Source: a virus
Lineage: Duplodnaviria > Caudoviricetes
DNA length: 64,000 nucleotides
Reading direction: 5' to 3' (one strand)
Virus record (IMG/VR): IMGVR_UViG_3300011008_000012
Span: 55,579 to 119,578 of that record
Below, piece after piece: positions 1 to 9,595 of the stretch. How positions within the stretch are numbered: the first letter of the stretch is position 1; every line of letters begins with the position of its first letter. Position numbers and translations under genes: made by a program. The notes below the pieces were generated by a model. It was not told where the DNA came from, did no database searches, and saw only the letters and a list, made by a program, of their open reading frames with translations.

Positions 1-249
1 GGCAAGGAAGAGGACAGAAGAAAGCTCTATGTTCTCGATGTTTTCCCTCTCGCAAGAAAAAGTGACGGAAAGAAGTTTGGGTATTCCGTCATCACAAAAT
101 CGATCGGAAGCGGCGTTGAAAGCCGCTTCACGGTTTTTAATCGGGTATTCGATAAGGAACCGATACATAAGGGCGACGTGATCTACTGCAAAGGATATGA
201 ACGGAATAGACAATACTTTACACTCACTTTTTATGACAAAGTCTACTAA
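1..249 (+). CDS. 3' end of a gene truncated by the window edge; possibly the C-terminus of a phage DNA polymerase III alpha-like protein
   Basis: Frame 1 is open from base 1 (GKEEDRRKLYVLDVF...YDKVY) to TAA at 247-249. Identity is inferred from position in the replication operon only. Confidence 0.4.
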   Translation, partial: GKEEDRRKLYVLDVFPLARKSDGKKFGYSVITKSIGSGVESRFTVFNRVFDKEPIHKGDVIYCKGYERNRQYFTLTFYDKVY

Positions 250-261
250 GGCGGTGACCAA

Positions 262-1020
262 ATGCGGGAATTTGATTCGGAAAGCCTGACTGAGCTTCTC
301 ACTGATTGCTATGAAAACCCAGGGTTCGTCGGAGGTTTATTGTTTAGGTACGCAGATGAAGTGGAGCGTGTTAAAAAGCTCTTCGAGGACGGAATTAGAG
401 CCGGTAGGATAGATGGTGCTGAACGCATCGAGTCTGACGTGAATGTCGAGCTGATGGCACGATATGATTGGATTCGGTTTAGTAATGGCAGCTCCATTTA
501 TATGATGAGCTCATCCACTGCTAATACTGGAGCTGCAATTTACCAAGCTGGTCATCACTTTGATCGAATCCTATTTGACATTTCTGTGCCGGAAATAGAT
601 CGTATGGCGTTTCTATCGTTAGAGAAGATGCAGGATACATACGATCTCCGCGATTGGTTGCCATCATTATCTATGTGTGTCGATGCGACTCCTGATTACC
701 GCTATATTGTTAGTAATGAACCATGGAGTATGCCTACAACATCATCTGCTACAACTTATGCGCACACAACGACATCACCAACATACATGGAAAGGTCAAC
801 CACCATACCAACAAGCACGATTAGTGGTCCGTGGTGCTCATCCGGTACAACATTTCAGTATGCGTATGACGAATCCATGCGTGGGAAAACATGGCGTCGA
901 AGTGATGCGCTCAAAAATGCTCTGAAAAAGCTCAAAATCAAAGATGAATCGGACGTAATTGATGAGAAAGCGTTCGATTCGTTTATGAAAAAGCTCGAAA
1001 ACGGAGAAAAATTGGCATGA
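262..1020 (+). CDS. hypothetical protein with a T/S-rich segment
   Basis: 252-aa ORF with SD-like AAGGCGGTG upstream. Confidence 0.7.
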   Translation: MREFDSESLTELLTDCYENPGFVGGLLFRYADEVERVKKLFEDGIRAGRIDGAERIESDVNVELMARYDWIRFSNGSSIYMMSSSTANTGAAIYQAGHHFDRILFDISVPEIDRMAFLSLEKMQDTYDLRDWLPSLSMCVDATPDYRYIVSNEPWSMPTTSSATTYAHTTTSPTYMERSTTIPTSTISGPWCSSGTTFQYAYDESMRGKTWRRSDALKNALKKLKIKDESDVIDEKAFDSFMKKLENGEKLA

Positions 1021-1059
1021 TTTTGCTTATAAAACTTGGTTTTCATAGAGGAGGTGTTT

Positions 1060-1770
1060 ATGGCAAGTAAAAAGAAACCATACATTGAGACACATCCAGA
1101 CCCGCCGGAGAAGATCACGAACGAGTGCTTCTACGGTATAAAGCTGGACAAGGAACAACTGGAGCTGGCGAATACGATCTGGAATCCAGACATTGATATC
1201 GTGTTTGTCAACAGTACAGCCGGTACTGGAAAGACAACCATAGCGACCGGTGTGGCAAACCTCCTCGTGCATTACGGTATGTTCGACGGGATCGTGTACA
1301 TCATGTCGCCATACGGCGAACGAAAGCAAGGGTATCTTCCTGGTAGCTTCACGGAAAAGAGTGCTGTCTACTTCGAGGCTTTTTATCAGGCGCTCATCAA
1401 CTGCAACGTCAATCCGACAACATCTATCAACGATGAGAGCATGGTGAACCAGAAAAACGGAACTGGGTATATCACCTGTATCACAGATACGTTCCTGAGA
1501 GGAACGAACCTTGATAGAGCTGTAATTATTCTTGACGAAGCGCAGAACTACACGACGGCGCAACTCAAGAAAACGCTTACAAGAGTTGGATCGCGATCCA
1601 AAGTGATCGTGATCGGTCATGATAAGCAATGCGATCTGGACGATCCGAACGCAAGTGGATTTGTCAGATACATCAACCATTTCTCCGGCAAGGAACGTGC
1701 TGCTATCTGTGAGCTTCATACCAATCACCGTGGGTGGGTTAGTCAGCACGCTGATGAGCTTGAGGAATAA
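1060..1770 (+). CDS. phoH: PhoH-family ATPase
   Basis: Motifs AGTGKT, GYLPG, FLRGTNL, IILDEAQN, LTRVG, GHDKQCD. GGAGG SD precedes ATG at 1060. Confidence 0.92.
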   Translation: MASKKKPYIETHPDPPEKITNECFYGIKLDKEQLELANTIWNPDIDIVFVNSTAGTGKTTIATGVANLLVHYGMFDGIVYIMSPYGERKQGYLPGSFTEKSAVYFEAFYQALINCNVNPTTSINDESMVNQKNGTGYITCITDTFLRGTNLDRAVIILDEAQNYTTAQLKKTLTRVGSRSKVIVIGHDKQCDLDDPNASGFVRYINHFSGKERAAICELHTNHRGWVSQHADELEE

Positions 1771-1791
1771 TACATAACAGGAGACACGCCT

Positions 1792-2028
1792 TTGAGGATT
1801 TGTATTTGCAATAAGTGCGGAAAAACCATGGACGTTTATGATATTCAGGAGAAGTTCTCATTCCATACACGTCTTGGGTATGGATCAAGGTACGATGAGG
1901 ATTATCTTGATATCGATCTCTGCTGTGAGTGCATGGATAAGATAATCGATGAATGTCTGATCTCGCCAATCACGGAATGCGGCTTCTGGGATGAATATGA
2001 CGAAGAAGAGGACTGTGAAAATGAGTGA
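1792..2028 (+). CDS. small Cys-rich (zinc-binding) hypothetical protein
   Basis: CNKC...CCEC motifs; AGGAG SD before TTG. Confidence 0.65.
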   Translation: MRICICNKCGKTMDVYDIQEKFSFHTRLGYGSRYDEDYLDIDLCCECMDKIIDECLISPITECGFWDEYDEEEDCENE

Positions 2029-2632
2029 GTACATAGTTACAGACTACGGGTGTTGCCGAAACACGCATGTATACGGCCTCGATGAGAGCATCCGGTTTGC
2101 AAAATATCCAATGTCAACCGACACGTCATGCCTGAATGCAGAGCTGACGGATGGAATCCGAGGTCTTGCGCAGAGTGAGAAGGGGGAGGGACATGACCAG
2201 TGGCTGACGGGCGTTACCGTCGAGTTTGACCTTGAGTTTACGATTAAAGCATGGACGGAGGAAGAACGGTACACGTTTATGAACTTCGTCAGCAGTCAAT
2301 CGACAATGCACCGCATAGCTAGATTCGACTACGACGAATCATATATCAAATACACAGATCCACGTTGCATCGAGATCGTGAAAGAACTTGCAGATCGATA
2401 TAATGCTACAAGAGATCCAGAGGATTACCTCCGGCTTCTGTACAGCAATCCATGCGGCATGAAGCTCCGCGCAGGCATCGTGACAAACTACCGTGCTCTC
2501 AAAACGGTCTATGCGCAGCGTAAAAACCATCGGCTTCCCGAGTGGAGAGAGTTTTGCAGATGGGTCGAAACGCTCCCGATGGCAACCGAGCTCATCCTTC
2601 CAAGAGAAGAGAAGGAGGAAGAGGTGGCGTGA
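2021..2632 (+). CDS. divergent ThyX-like (flavin-dependent thymidylate synthase fold) phage protein
   Basis: ERY..MNFVSSQSTMH and NYRALKT.YAQR..HRLPEW segments, in a nucleotide-metabolism context. The canonical RHRx7S motif is not intact. Confidence 0.55.
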   Translation: MSEYIVTDYGCCRNTHVYGLDESIRFAKYPMSTDTSCLNAELTDGIRGLAQSEKGEGHDQWLTGVTVEFDLEFTIKAWTEEERYTFMNFVSSQSTMHRIARFDYDESYIKYTDPRCIEIVKELADRYNATRDPEDYLRLLYSNPCGMKLRAGIVTNYRALKTVYAQRKNHRLPEWREFCRWVETLPMATELILPREEKEEEVA

Positions 2633-3195
2633 AGGTAATCTGCATATCTGGGAAAGCGCAGCATGGAAAAGATACTACGGCGTCGATCATGGCTAGTACG
2701 CTGCGTGAAAGAGGTTTTCGTGTGCTGGTTGCGCATTATGCCGACCTGCTGAAATACATCTGTAAGATGTTTTTTGGTTGGGACGGCAAGAAGGATGAGG
2801 ATGGCCGTCAGCTTCTGCAATATGTTGGCACAGACGTTATTCGTGCGCAGGATCAAAACTTCTGGGTTCGATTCATTGGAAGCGTTCTCAATCTTTTCCC
2901 TGACGAATGGGATTTTGTTCTGATTCCTGATACAAGGTTCCCGAACGAGATCAGTGCTATGAATGGATATGGGTTTGATGTGTCGCTCCTTCGTGTAATT
3001 CGTGATGGGTTTGATAACGGTCTCACCGAAAAGCAAAAGAATCATCCATCCGAGACTTCGCTTGACGGTGTGAAAGCAGACTATACGATCCATAACAACG
3101 GGCCAATGTCCGATCTGATTGTGGATGTACATAACCTGATCGATAGTATGATCGAGCCAATGCCGCTTATAGATGGATACGAGGTGACAGATTGA
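2629..3195 (+). CDS. deoxynucleoside monophosphate kinase
   Basis: N-terminal P-loop ISGKAQHGKDT, RQLLQYVGTD and DTRFPNE. GTG start overlaps the upstream stop. Confidence 0.85.
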   Translation: MKVICISGKAQHGKDTTASIMASTLRERGFRVLVAHYADLLKYICKMFFGWDGKKDEDGRQLLQYVGTDVIRAQDQNFWVRFIGSVLNLFPDEWDFVLIPDTRFPNEISAMNGYGFDVSLLRVIRDGFDNGLTEKQKNHPSETSLDGVKADYTIHNNGPMSDLIVDVHNLIDSMIEPMPLIDGYEVTD

Positions 3196-3743
3196 CAATA
3201 CTTGTAGACATGGATGAGGTATTAGATCAGCTATTACAGGCATGGATACCATATCTCAACAAAAAGTACGATCGGAATGTTGATCCAGAAGACGTTACTG
3301 GTTGGTGGATCACAGATTTTTATCCCGGTCTTACGCACAAACAAATATATGGCGTCTTAAAAGACGGGGAATTGTGGGCGAATGTCAAACCGGTTCCTGG
3401 AGCAAGTGAAGTGCTCCAGAAGCTAATGGCAGACGGCCACGATATTTTTATCGTCACGAACTCCAACTATAAGACCGTGGAAGTGAAGATGGATACCGTG
3501 CTGTTCAAATACTATCCATTCCTTTCATGGGACAAGGTAATCCTGGCGACAAAGAAACAAATGATCCGTGGCGATGTTTTGATCGACGACGGAATCCACA
3601 ATTTAGAGGGCGGCGATTATCACAAAATCCTGATGGACGCGCCGCACAACCGCGGGTATGACGCGGCTATACACGGTATGCACCGGGTTTTTAACTGGGA
3701 TGACATCTACCGGGTGATTCAGCACATAGATCAAAGGAATTGA
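3192..3743 (+). CDS. 5'(3')-deoxyribonucleotidase (HAD, NT5C family)
   Basis: DMDEVL motif I and DVLIDD motif. Confidence 0.85.
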   Translation: MTILVDMDEVLDQLLQAWIPYLNKKYDRNVDPEDVTGWWITDFYPGLTHKQIYGVLKDGELWANVKPVPGASEVLQKLMADGHDIFIVTNSNYKTVEVKMDTVLFKYYPFLSWDKVILATKKQMIRGDVLIDDGIHNLEGGDYHKILMDAPHNRGYDAAIHGMHRVFNWDDIYRVIQHIDQRN

Positions 3744-3973
3744 ATGCTATGTATGATATTACGCTTTACAGCACAGATTGCCCTCAGTGCGTCGTGTTGA
3801 AGAAAAAGATGAACGCCAGAGGATTGGCGTTCAAAGAGAACAACGATATAAAGACCATGCAAGACATGGGTATTACATATGTCCCGGTTCTTCAGGTCAA
3901 TGATACGTTGATGGATTTTGCCGCCGCGTGCAGATGGGTAGACGCGGAGGAGGCAGACCAGAATGAACATTGA
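3740..3973 (+). CDS. NrdH/glutaredoxin-like redoxin
   Basis: YSTDCPQC active site and cis-Pro VPVL; lies directly upstream of nrdD. Confidence 0.85.
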   Translation: MNAMYDITLYSTDCPQCVVLKKKMNARGLAFKENNDIKTMQDMGITYVPVLQVNDTLMDFAAACRWVDAEEADQNEH

Positions 3974-5888
3974 ACTGAAACTGTCAAAGGACTTTGAACG
4001 GTGTCTTGAAGAACTGAAAAAGAAATATGGTGAGGACTTTGAGTATATCAACGGTCTTCATCCAAGCCAGCTCGATTTCTCGGAGTTCATTGAGAACTTC
4101 GTTGATCACGAAACTGTGGCCGACGCGAGCATCGATCCAAATGCGAATGTGAGTCATAAGGATATCCGCAGCTTTATGACGGAGAAAGCAAAGAGCGAGG
4201 ACAAGCTCTTTGGATTAAATAAGATCTTTATGACAATCAAGAAGCAGTGGGGACTTCGCACAGCGAAACAATGGCTTGAGCAGGAATTCAGCAAGGGGTT
4301 TTACCTTAACGATAGTACAACAGCAAGTTATTTCCCGTACTGTTGGGCAAATGATTTCACAAGGCTCGCCAAGGAAGGGCTTTTCTTCCTCGGTAATTAC
4401 AACAACGAGGCTCCAAAGCACCTTACAACATATTTCGATGATGTGATCGAGTTCGTTTCCTTCCTGTCAAACCGCCAGAGCGGAGCAGTTGGGATGCCCA
4501 ATGTACTGATTTGGGCATGGTACTTCTGGAAGAAGGATGTTGAGAACGGATACTTCATGAAAGATCCGGATTACTACCTTCGCCAGCAGTATCAGAAGCT
4601 GATCTATCGTCTTAACCAACCATTCCTAAGGATAGATCAATCAGCCTTTACTAATATTTCGATCTTCGATCATCCATATCTCGAATCGCTGTTCGGAGGC
4701 GTGGAGTTCCCGGACGGCACTTTCGCCATTGACCACATCAACGATCTGATCGAAGCGCAGAAGATATTTATGGATGTAGTCAGCGAGATTCGTGAGACCA
4801 ATATGTTCACATATCCGGTTTTAACATACTCACTGCTCTATCAGAACGGGAAATTCGTAGACGAAGAGTTCGCCAGATGGTGCTCCAACCATAACATTAG
4901 ATGGTCTGACAGCAACTTCTTCGTCAGCGACAATGTTGGCGTCTTATCAAACTGCTGCCGCCTGTTATCAGATACGAAAAAGCTCGATGCGTTTATCAAC
5001 TCCATCGGCGGTACAGCGCTGTCTGTCGGTTCCTGCCGCGTCAGCACTATCAATCTCGTGCGAATTGCCTATGAGAGCGGATTTAACCGCAAGAAGTATC
5101 TGAACATCCTTCGTGATCGCGTGACCCTTGACTGTAAAGCACTGTTTTCCATGCGGCACATCATCAAGCGAAACATTGAGAAGGGGCTTTTGCCTAACTA
5201 CCAGGACGGAGCTGTCGAGCTTGACAAGCAGTTCTGTACAATCGGCGGTATCGGTATGTATGAGGTCATGGATCTGTTTGGCCTGATCGATACAGACGTT
5301 CTTGGCAATAAGTTTTATTCTGAAGCCGCTGTTGAATTCGCAACCGAGATTCTTGATGTGATGAACGAAGTGAAAGATAATTTCGATTGTGACTTTTCTT
5401 TCAATATCGAAATGATACCGGCGGAAAACTGCGCTGGCGTGATCTGCCAAGCGGACAATCTCCTGTTCGAGCAGAACAAGTACTTTATATATTCGAATCA
5501 GTGGATTCCGCTGATGGAGAAATGCACAATCCAAGAGAAGTGTAGGCTTGGTTCTCTGTTCGATAAGAAGTGCGGCGGAGGTTGTATCGCCCATATCAAC
5601 ATCGAGAACAGATTTCAGAATGAAGAAACCGCGTGGGATATGCTGAACTATGTAGCGTCCCACGGGGTTATTTATTTCGCTTTCACCACGAAGATCAGCG
5701 TTTGCGAAGACAAGCACGCATTCATCGGTATGAACACATGCCCAAAATGCGGTAAACCGGTGTCTGATACATATGCAAGAGTCGTCGGGTTTTACACGCC
5801 AGTCAGCAGTTATCAGCGAATTCGTAAGAATGAGTTCGATAAACGACGCTGGATAGACGTTTTGGCGAACGACGGAGTCATGAAGTGA
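3963..5888 (+). CDS. nrdD: class III anaerobic ribonucleotide reductase (no ATP cone)
   Basis: QSGA, NCCRL, NSIGG...GS...TINL, a C-terminal zinc site and the glycyl-radical loop RVVGFY. Confidence 0.93.
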   Translation: MNIELKLSKDFERCLEELKKKYGEDFEYINGLHPSQLDFSEFIENFVDHETVADASIDPNANVSHKDIRSFMTEKAKSEDKLFGLNKIFMTIKKQWGLRTAKQWLEQEFSKGFYLNDSTTASYFPYCWANDFTRLAKEGLFFLGNYNNEAPKHLTTYFDDVIEFVSFLSNRQSGAVGMPNVLIWAWYFWKKDVENGYFMKDPDYYLRQQYQKLIYRLNQPFLRIDQSAFTNISIFDHPYLESLFGGVEFPDGTFAIDHINDLIEAQKIFMDVVSEIRETNMFTYPVLTYSLLYQNGKFVDEEFARWCSNHNIRWSDSNFFVSDNVGVLSNCCRLLSDTKKLDAFINSIGGTALSVGSCRVSTINLVRIAYESGFNRKKYLNILRDRVTLDCKALFSMRHIIKRNIEKGLLPNYQDGAVELDKQFCTIGGIGMYEVMDLFGLIDTDVLGNKFYSEAAVEFATEILDVMNEVKDNFDCDFSFNIEMIPAENCAGVICQADNLLFEQNKYFIYSNQWIPLMEKCTIQEKCRLGSLFDKKCGGGCIAHINIENRFQNEETAWDMLNYVASHGVIYFAFTTKISVCEDKHAFIGMNTCPKCGKPVSDTYARVVGFYTPVSSYQRIRKNEFDKRRWIDVLANDGVMK

Positions 5889-6370
5889 TCGTCAAAGACA
5901 TTGTAATTGAGGATTTCGTCAACTACAGATTGCCATCCATGTTTATCATCAGCTCAAAATGCGACTGGAAGTGCTGTAGAGAGCAGGGCTTGGATATCAG
6001 TATATGTCAGAACGCAGATCTTGCTCTATCTAAGCCTCGTGATGTTTCCGACGACACTATATTAAATATGTATAGGTCAAATGATATTACAAAGGCCGTC
6101 GTTATCGGCGGCCTTGAACCCTTATTGCAGGCGGATGAAGTTTTGGAACTGGTACGAACCTTTCGTAAGCACGGAGAGATGTGTGATTTCGTTATTTACA
6201 CAGGATACTATCCGGAGGAAATTACCGAGTCTTTTATGACCGCCTTACAGGAATTCGGAAACATCATTATTAAGTTTGGGCGCTACATTCCCAATATAAA
6301 GCCAATATTTGACGATGTGCTTGGCGTCCAACTCGCATCCGAAAATCAATTCGCAAGGAAGATTAGCTGA
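5885..6370 (+). CDS. nrdG: NrdD-activating radical SAM enzyme
   Basis: CDWKC...CQN cluster motif, GGLEP, YTGY and SENQ; adjacent to nrdD. Confidence 0.88.
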   Translation: MIVKDIVIEDFVNYRLPSMFIISSKCDWKCCREQGLDISICQNADLALSKPRDVSDDTILNMYRSNDITKAVVIGGLEPLLQADEVLELVRTFRKHGEMCDFVIYTGYYPEEITESFMTALQEFGNIIIKFGRYIPNIKPIFDDVLGVQLASENQFARKIS

Positions 6371-6558
6371 TGAAAATCAAAATGACAGAGAATCATGAGC
6401 ATCGGGAGAAAATTCTCGACGCTCTTCGCAAAAATGACGGATATTGCCCCTGCGCTCTTGAAAAAGTGCCAGAGACGAAGTGTATGTGTAAAGACTTCAA
6501 AGATATGAAGTCAGGGACTTGCCATTGCGGCCTTTATATCAAGGAGGTTTCAGATTGA
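6370..6558 (+). CDS. ferredoxin:thioredoxin reductase catalytic-subunit-like protein (copy 1)
   Basis: GYCPC...CMC...CHCGLY is the CPC/CxC/CHC signature. Confidence 0.8.
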   Translation: MKIKMTENHEHREKILDALRKNDGYCPCALEKVPETKCMCKDFKDMKSGTCHCGLYIKEVSD

Positions 6559-6722
6559 CGTGCTGTAAGAACGACAGTTGTCCGTTCGATGATTGTGAGC
6601 GTAGCTATAAGAACTACGGAGGCAACATCGATGATATGTTCGTCACAAATTTTTTCAGTACATGCGACAGGTACATGAAATATCTCGCGGAGAAGATCAA
6701 TGGGAATACAGAAAAAACCTGA
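6555..6722 (+). CDS. small Cys-rich hypothetical protein
   Basis: AGGAGG SD with TTG start at 6555; CCKNDSCPFDDC. Confidence 0.5.
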   Translation: MTCCKNDSCPFDDCERSYKNYGGNIDDMFVTNFFSTCDRYMKYLAEKINGNTEKT

Positions 6723-6882
6723 CAGAGATTATGTTAGGGAGGTTCAGAAGCAACTGAAACAAAACAGCGGCTACTGCCCAAGCCGCCTTGAACGGAATGC
6801 AGACACAAAATGTATCTGCAAAGAGTTCAGAGAGCAGGACAGCGGCATGTGCCGCTGTGGGCTCTACATAAAAAATAGGTGA
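6700..6882 (+). CDS. ferredoxin:thioredoxin reductase-like protein (copy 2, altered active site)
   Basis: GYCPS...CIC...CRCGLY; paralogue of 6370-6558. Confidence 0.75.
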   Translation: MGIQKKPDRDYVREVQKQLKQNSGYCPSRLERNADTKCICKEFREQDSGMCRCGLYIKNR

Positions 6883-6993
6883 TACATACTTCCTAGTATT
6901 CATGTTTGTCATGTACCTTGTCTCGATTGCGTTTGTGTTCAACAACAATATGACACCACGAAATTAAATCATCTTTACACAAGGGGATTATGA

Positions 6994-7518
6994 ATGAATA
7001 GACGAATAGCTCAATTTGAAAAGGTAAGTTTTGATCAGTGGGTTACTGATATGAAAACACATCAGCCCGATTGTTGCAGTGACAAGTCTCAACTTAAATA
7101 CCTATACGACATCATTCAGCTACCAACCCGCGCCACAAGGGGGTCATCTGGTTACGATTTTAGGGCGCCATTCCCGTTTTCTCTCGAAGCAGGTGAGAGC
7201 ATCGTTATTCCTACTGGCATACGATGCTGGATAAACGACGAATGGTGGCTTATGTGTATGCCAAAGAGCGGCCAAGGATTCAAGTACAGAGTCCAGTTAG
7301 ACAACACTGTCGGCAATATCGATAGTGATTATTACGGCTCGGAAAAGAACGAGGGGCACATCATCGCAAAGCTTACAAATGATGGCCGGGAAGGGAAGAA
7401 GATGGAAGTGATGCGTGGCGATGGTTATATGCAAGGCGTCTTTACTGTATACGGCATCACTATTGATGATGAGGCTGACGGTATAAGAAACGGCGGTTTT
7501 GGAAGCACGGGCAAATAA
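6994..7518 (+). CDS. dut: trimeric dUTPase
   Basis: SSGYDF, PKSG, GNIDSDYYG and RNGGFGSTG motifs. Confidence 0.93.
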   Translation: MNRRIAQFEKVSFDQWVTDMKTHQPDCCSDKSQLKYLYDIIQLPTRATRGSSGYDFRAPFPFSLEAGESIVIPTGIRCWINDEWWLMCMPKSGQGFKYRVQLDNTVGNIDSDYYGSEKNEGHIIAKLTNDGREGKKMEVMRGDGYMQGVFTVYGITIDDEADGIRNGGFGSTGK

Positions 7519-7536
7519 TACACATCTGGAGGAGTG

Positions 7537-7562
7537 GGGCGGGATTCCGCCCCTTTTTTTTA
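7537..7562 (+). terminator. intrinsic terminator
   Basis: GGGGCGG-GATT-CCGCCCC followed by a T tract. Confidence 0.8.
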
Positions 7563-7564
7563 TT

Positions 7565-7879
7565 ATGCAATACGAAAAAATTGCGCGCGGACGACGCGCA
7601 GATTGCCTTTATCGACGAGACGCAAGCGGAGTGCTTTGTGCTTCAAGGCTAGTTCCGCACGAAGGAATGAGACTATATGAGATCAGAGCAACATACGCAA
7701 AACAACTCAACGATAGCACATACTACACACTTGCCAAAAACCACATCGAAGCGATAGCATACTTCAAAGACAACTACCCATGGATCAGTATTATAAGGGA
7801 TGTGCTCGAAGTGAAGTCACAACAAGAGGCGGATAATATTCTGACCGATATATACCGTATGCCGATACACTGTGTGTAA
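7565..7879 (+). CDS. hypothetical protein
   Basis: ORF starting at ATG 7565; start is uncertain. Confidence 0.5.
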   Translation: MQYEKIARGRRADCLYRRDASGVLCASRLVPHEGMRLYEIRATYAKQLNDSTYYTLAKNHIEAIAYFKDNYPWISIIRDVLEVKSQQEADNILTDIYRMPIHCV

Positions 7880-7882
7880 ACT

Positions 7883-8074
7883 ATGGACAGAAACGATAAG
7901 CTATTGACATGTAAAGACCTGCAACATATACTTAATATGGGAAGAGGAAGGGTATATGAGTTGCTCAAATCAGATTGCTTCCCAACTATACATATTAATA
8001 ATAGAATGTATGTAAGAGAGACAAGGCTCCGTGAGTGGATGCTAGCATACGAAGGAAGGAAGTACGTTTTATAA
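7883..8074 (+). CDS. excisionase / HTH_17-type recombination directionality factor
   Basis: LLTCKDLQHILNMGRGRVYELL...FPTIHINNRMYV; adjacent to attP and the integrase. Confidence 0.82.
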   Translation: MDRNDKLLTCKDLQHILNMGRGRVYELLKSDCFPTIHINNRMYVRETRLREWMLAYEGRKYVL

Positions 8075-8079
8075 TGACA

Positions 8080-8350
8080 TAGTGTACAGATAGTGTACAT
8101 TTTGTCAGTATAGAGCCAATACTATACTGCAACGCAGTTGATTATAAGCGTTTCACGACGGTCTCCAAAACCGTAGGCCGAGGGTTCGAAACCTTCTTCC
8201 CCTGCCAAATTTCCACCAAATTTCGTAAGAAATGCGGTGGATTTTTGTTATCTTTGTACAAATTATTAGCTTTTTGATGATGTCTCTTTACTTCTTTTTG
8301 AACATCCTGTAAACTAATGTACCAGTTAGTAGTGTACATTATAGTGTACA
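8080..8350. other. attP: integrase arm-type repeats flanking a tRNA-Trp-derived core
   Basis: TAGTGTACA occurs at 8080, 8091, 8330 and 8342 (two tandem pairs) around a tRNA 3' half, between xis and int. Confidence 0.85.
8154..8207 (+). pseudogene. 3' portion of tRNA-Trp(CCA), the att core
   Basis: Anticodon arm ACGGT-CTCCAAA-ACCGT, T arm GAGGG-TTCGAAA-CCTTC and a 3' GCCA end are present. The 5' acceptor strand and D arm are absent. Confidence 0.85.
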
Positions 8351-8392
8351 GAGCTCTCGAACTTCTACATATTTACTACACGAGGTGAGAAT

Positions 8393-9595
8393 ATGGCAGA
8401 TAAACGTCGAGAAAAAGGTACAGGCGGCATAACTCAGCGCAAGGATGGCTATTGGGTTGGCCGTTATGATGCAGGAACGAAACCAAATGGCAAGCGCGAT
8501 GTGCGTGTCGTTTACGGGAAAACAGAACCAGAAGCAAAAAGAAAACTAAAAGACCTTATCAAAGAGCTAAACAAAACTGAATATACCTATGTCCAGCGGT
8601 CTTCCGTAAAAGATTATATGATGGACTGGCTAACACAAACAAAGCGTAATGAGCTCAAACCAAAAAGCTATGACCGGTTAGAACAGACGCTTGAAAAAGA
8701 TGTGTTCCCTTATATCGGGCACCTTCAATTACAGGCAATATCAACGAGGGACGTTCAGATGATGATCAATAACCTTCGTGATAGCGGAAGATCTTATTCA
8801 AGTATTAAGAAAGCGTATGAAGCAGTTAATGCTTGCTTTAAGCATGGCCTTGTCCAAAATACTGTGTCTGCAAATCCGGCCGCAGGTGTTTCGATCCCCA
8901 GCCAAAAGCTGTTCAGGAAGAAACAGATCCCGTACTATACGCAAGAAGAGGCAAATAAGATCGTCACTCAAGCCTTGTCTGTATGGAGCAATGGCGTTCG
9001 GCGCTATCCGCTTGGCGACTTTGTGCCCCTCATCCTAAACACTGGGCTCCGCCTTGGAGAGATCCTTGCGCTTCAATGGGAACGCGATGTCGATTTTGAG
9101 ACAAAGACTATTACTGTCCACTCAAACATCGTAACTGTCAAAGACCGATCCGGCGACGGCAAAACGAAGTATCACACCGTCGAACAAGATGAGGTCAAGA
9201 CCGATGCTGGGCAGGACAGGGTAATTCCCCTCAACAATGCAGCTTTAAATGCGTTGCGAGCGCTGCAAGAAGTTACAGGTAAAGAAACGTATGTTCTAAC
9301 GACGAGGAATAAGACACAGGTCAAACAACGTCAGCTCGATCAGATGTTCCGTAGGATCGTTACCGCCGCCGGTATGCCTGAAGAAAAAATATATGGTGTT
9401 CACGCTCTGCGACATACGTTTGCCACGCTTTTGATTTACAACCATGTCGATATAAAAACCGTCAGTAAGTTGATGGGGCACTCAGATGTCGGGGTGACAT
9501 ACAACACCTATGTCCATGTGATCAAAGAGGCGGAGAAATCGGCTGTTGCTTCGATCCCGGATATTGTCTACCCGAATCAGGAGGGAAACTCATGA
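8393..9595 (+). CDS. int: tyrosine integrase
   Basis: N-terminal arm-binding domain; catalytic TGLRLGE, HALRHT, MGH and TYNTY. Confidence 0.95.
   Translation: MADKRREKGTGGITQRKDGYWVGRYDAGTKPNGKRDVRVVYGKTEPEAKRKLKDLIKELNKTEYTYVQRSSVKDYMMDWLTQTKRNELKPKSYDRLEQTLEKDVFPYIGHLQLQAISTRDVQMMINNLRDSGRSYSSIKKAYEAVNACFKHGLVQNTVSANPAAGVSIPSQKLFRKKQIPYYTQEEANKIVTQALSVWSNGVRRYPLGDFVPLILNTGLRLGEILALQWERDVDFETKTITVHSNIVTVKDRSGDGKTKYHTVEQDEVKTDAGQDRVIPLNNAALNALRALQEVTGKETYVLTTRNKTQVKQRQLDQMFRRIVTAAGMPEEKIYGVHALRHTFATLLIYNHVDIKTVSKLMGHSDVGVTYNTYVHVIKEAEKSAVASIPDIVYPNQEGNS

Noticed and set aside
8142-8339. 65-aa minus-strand ORF
   Set aside because: It overlaps attP and the antisense of the tRNA fragment, so it is likely spurious.
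8080-8350. TAGTGTACA repeats as a mini-CRISPR array
   Set aside because: The 9-bp units have no spacers and their position fits integrase arm sites. No CRISPR array was seen in the window.
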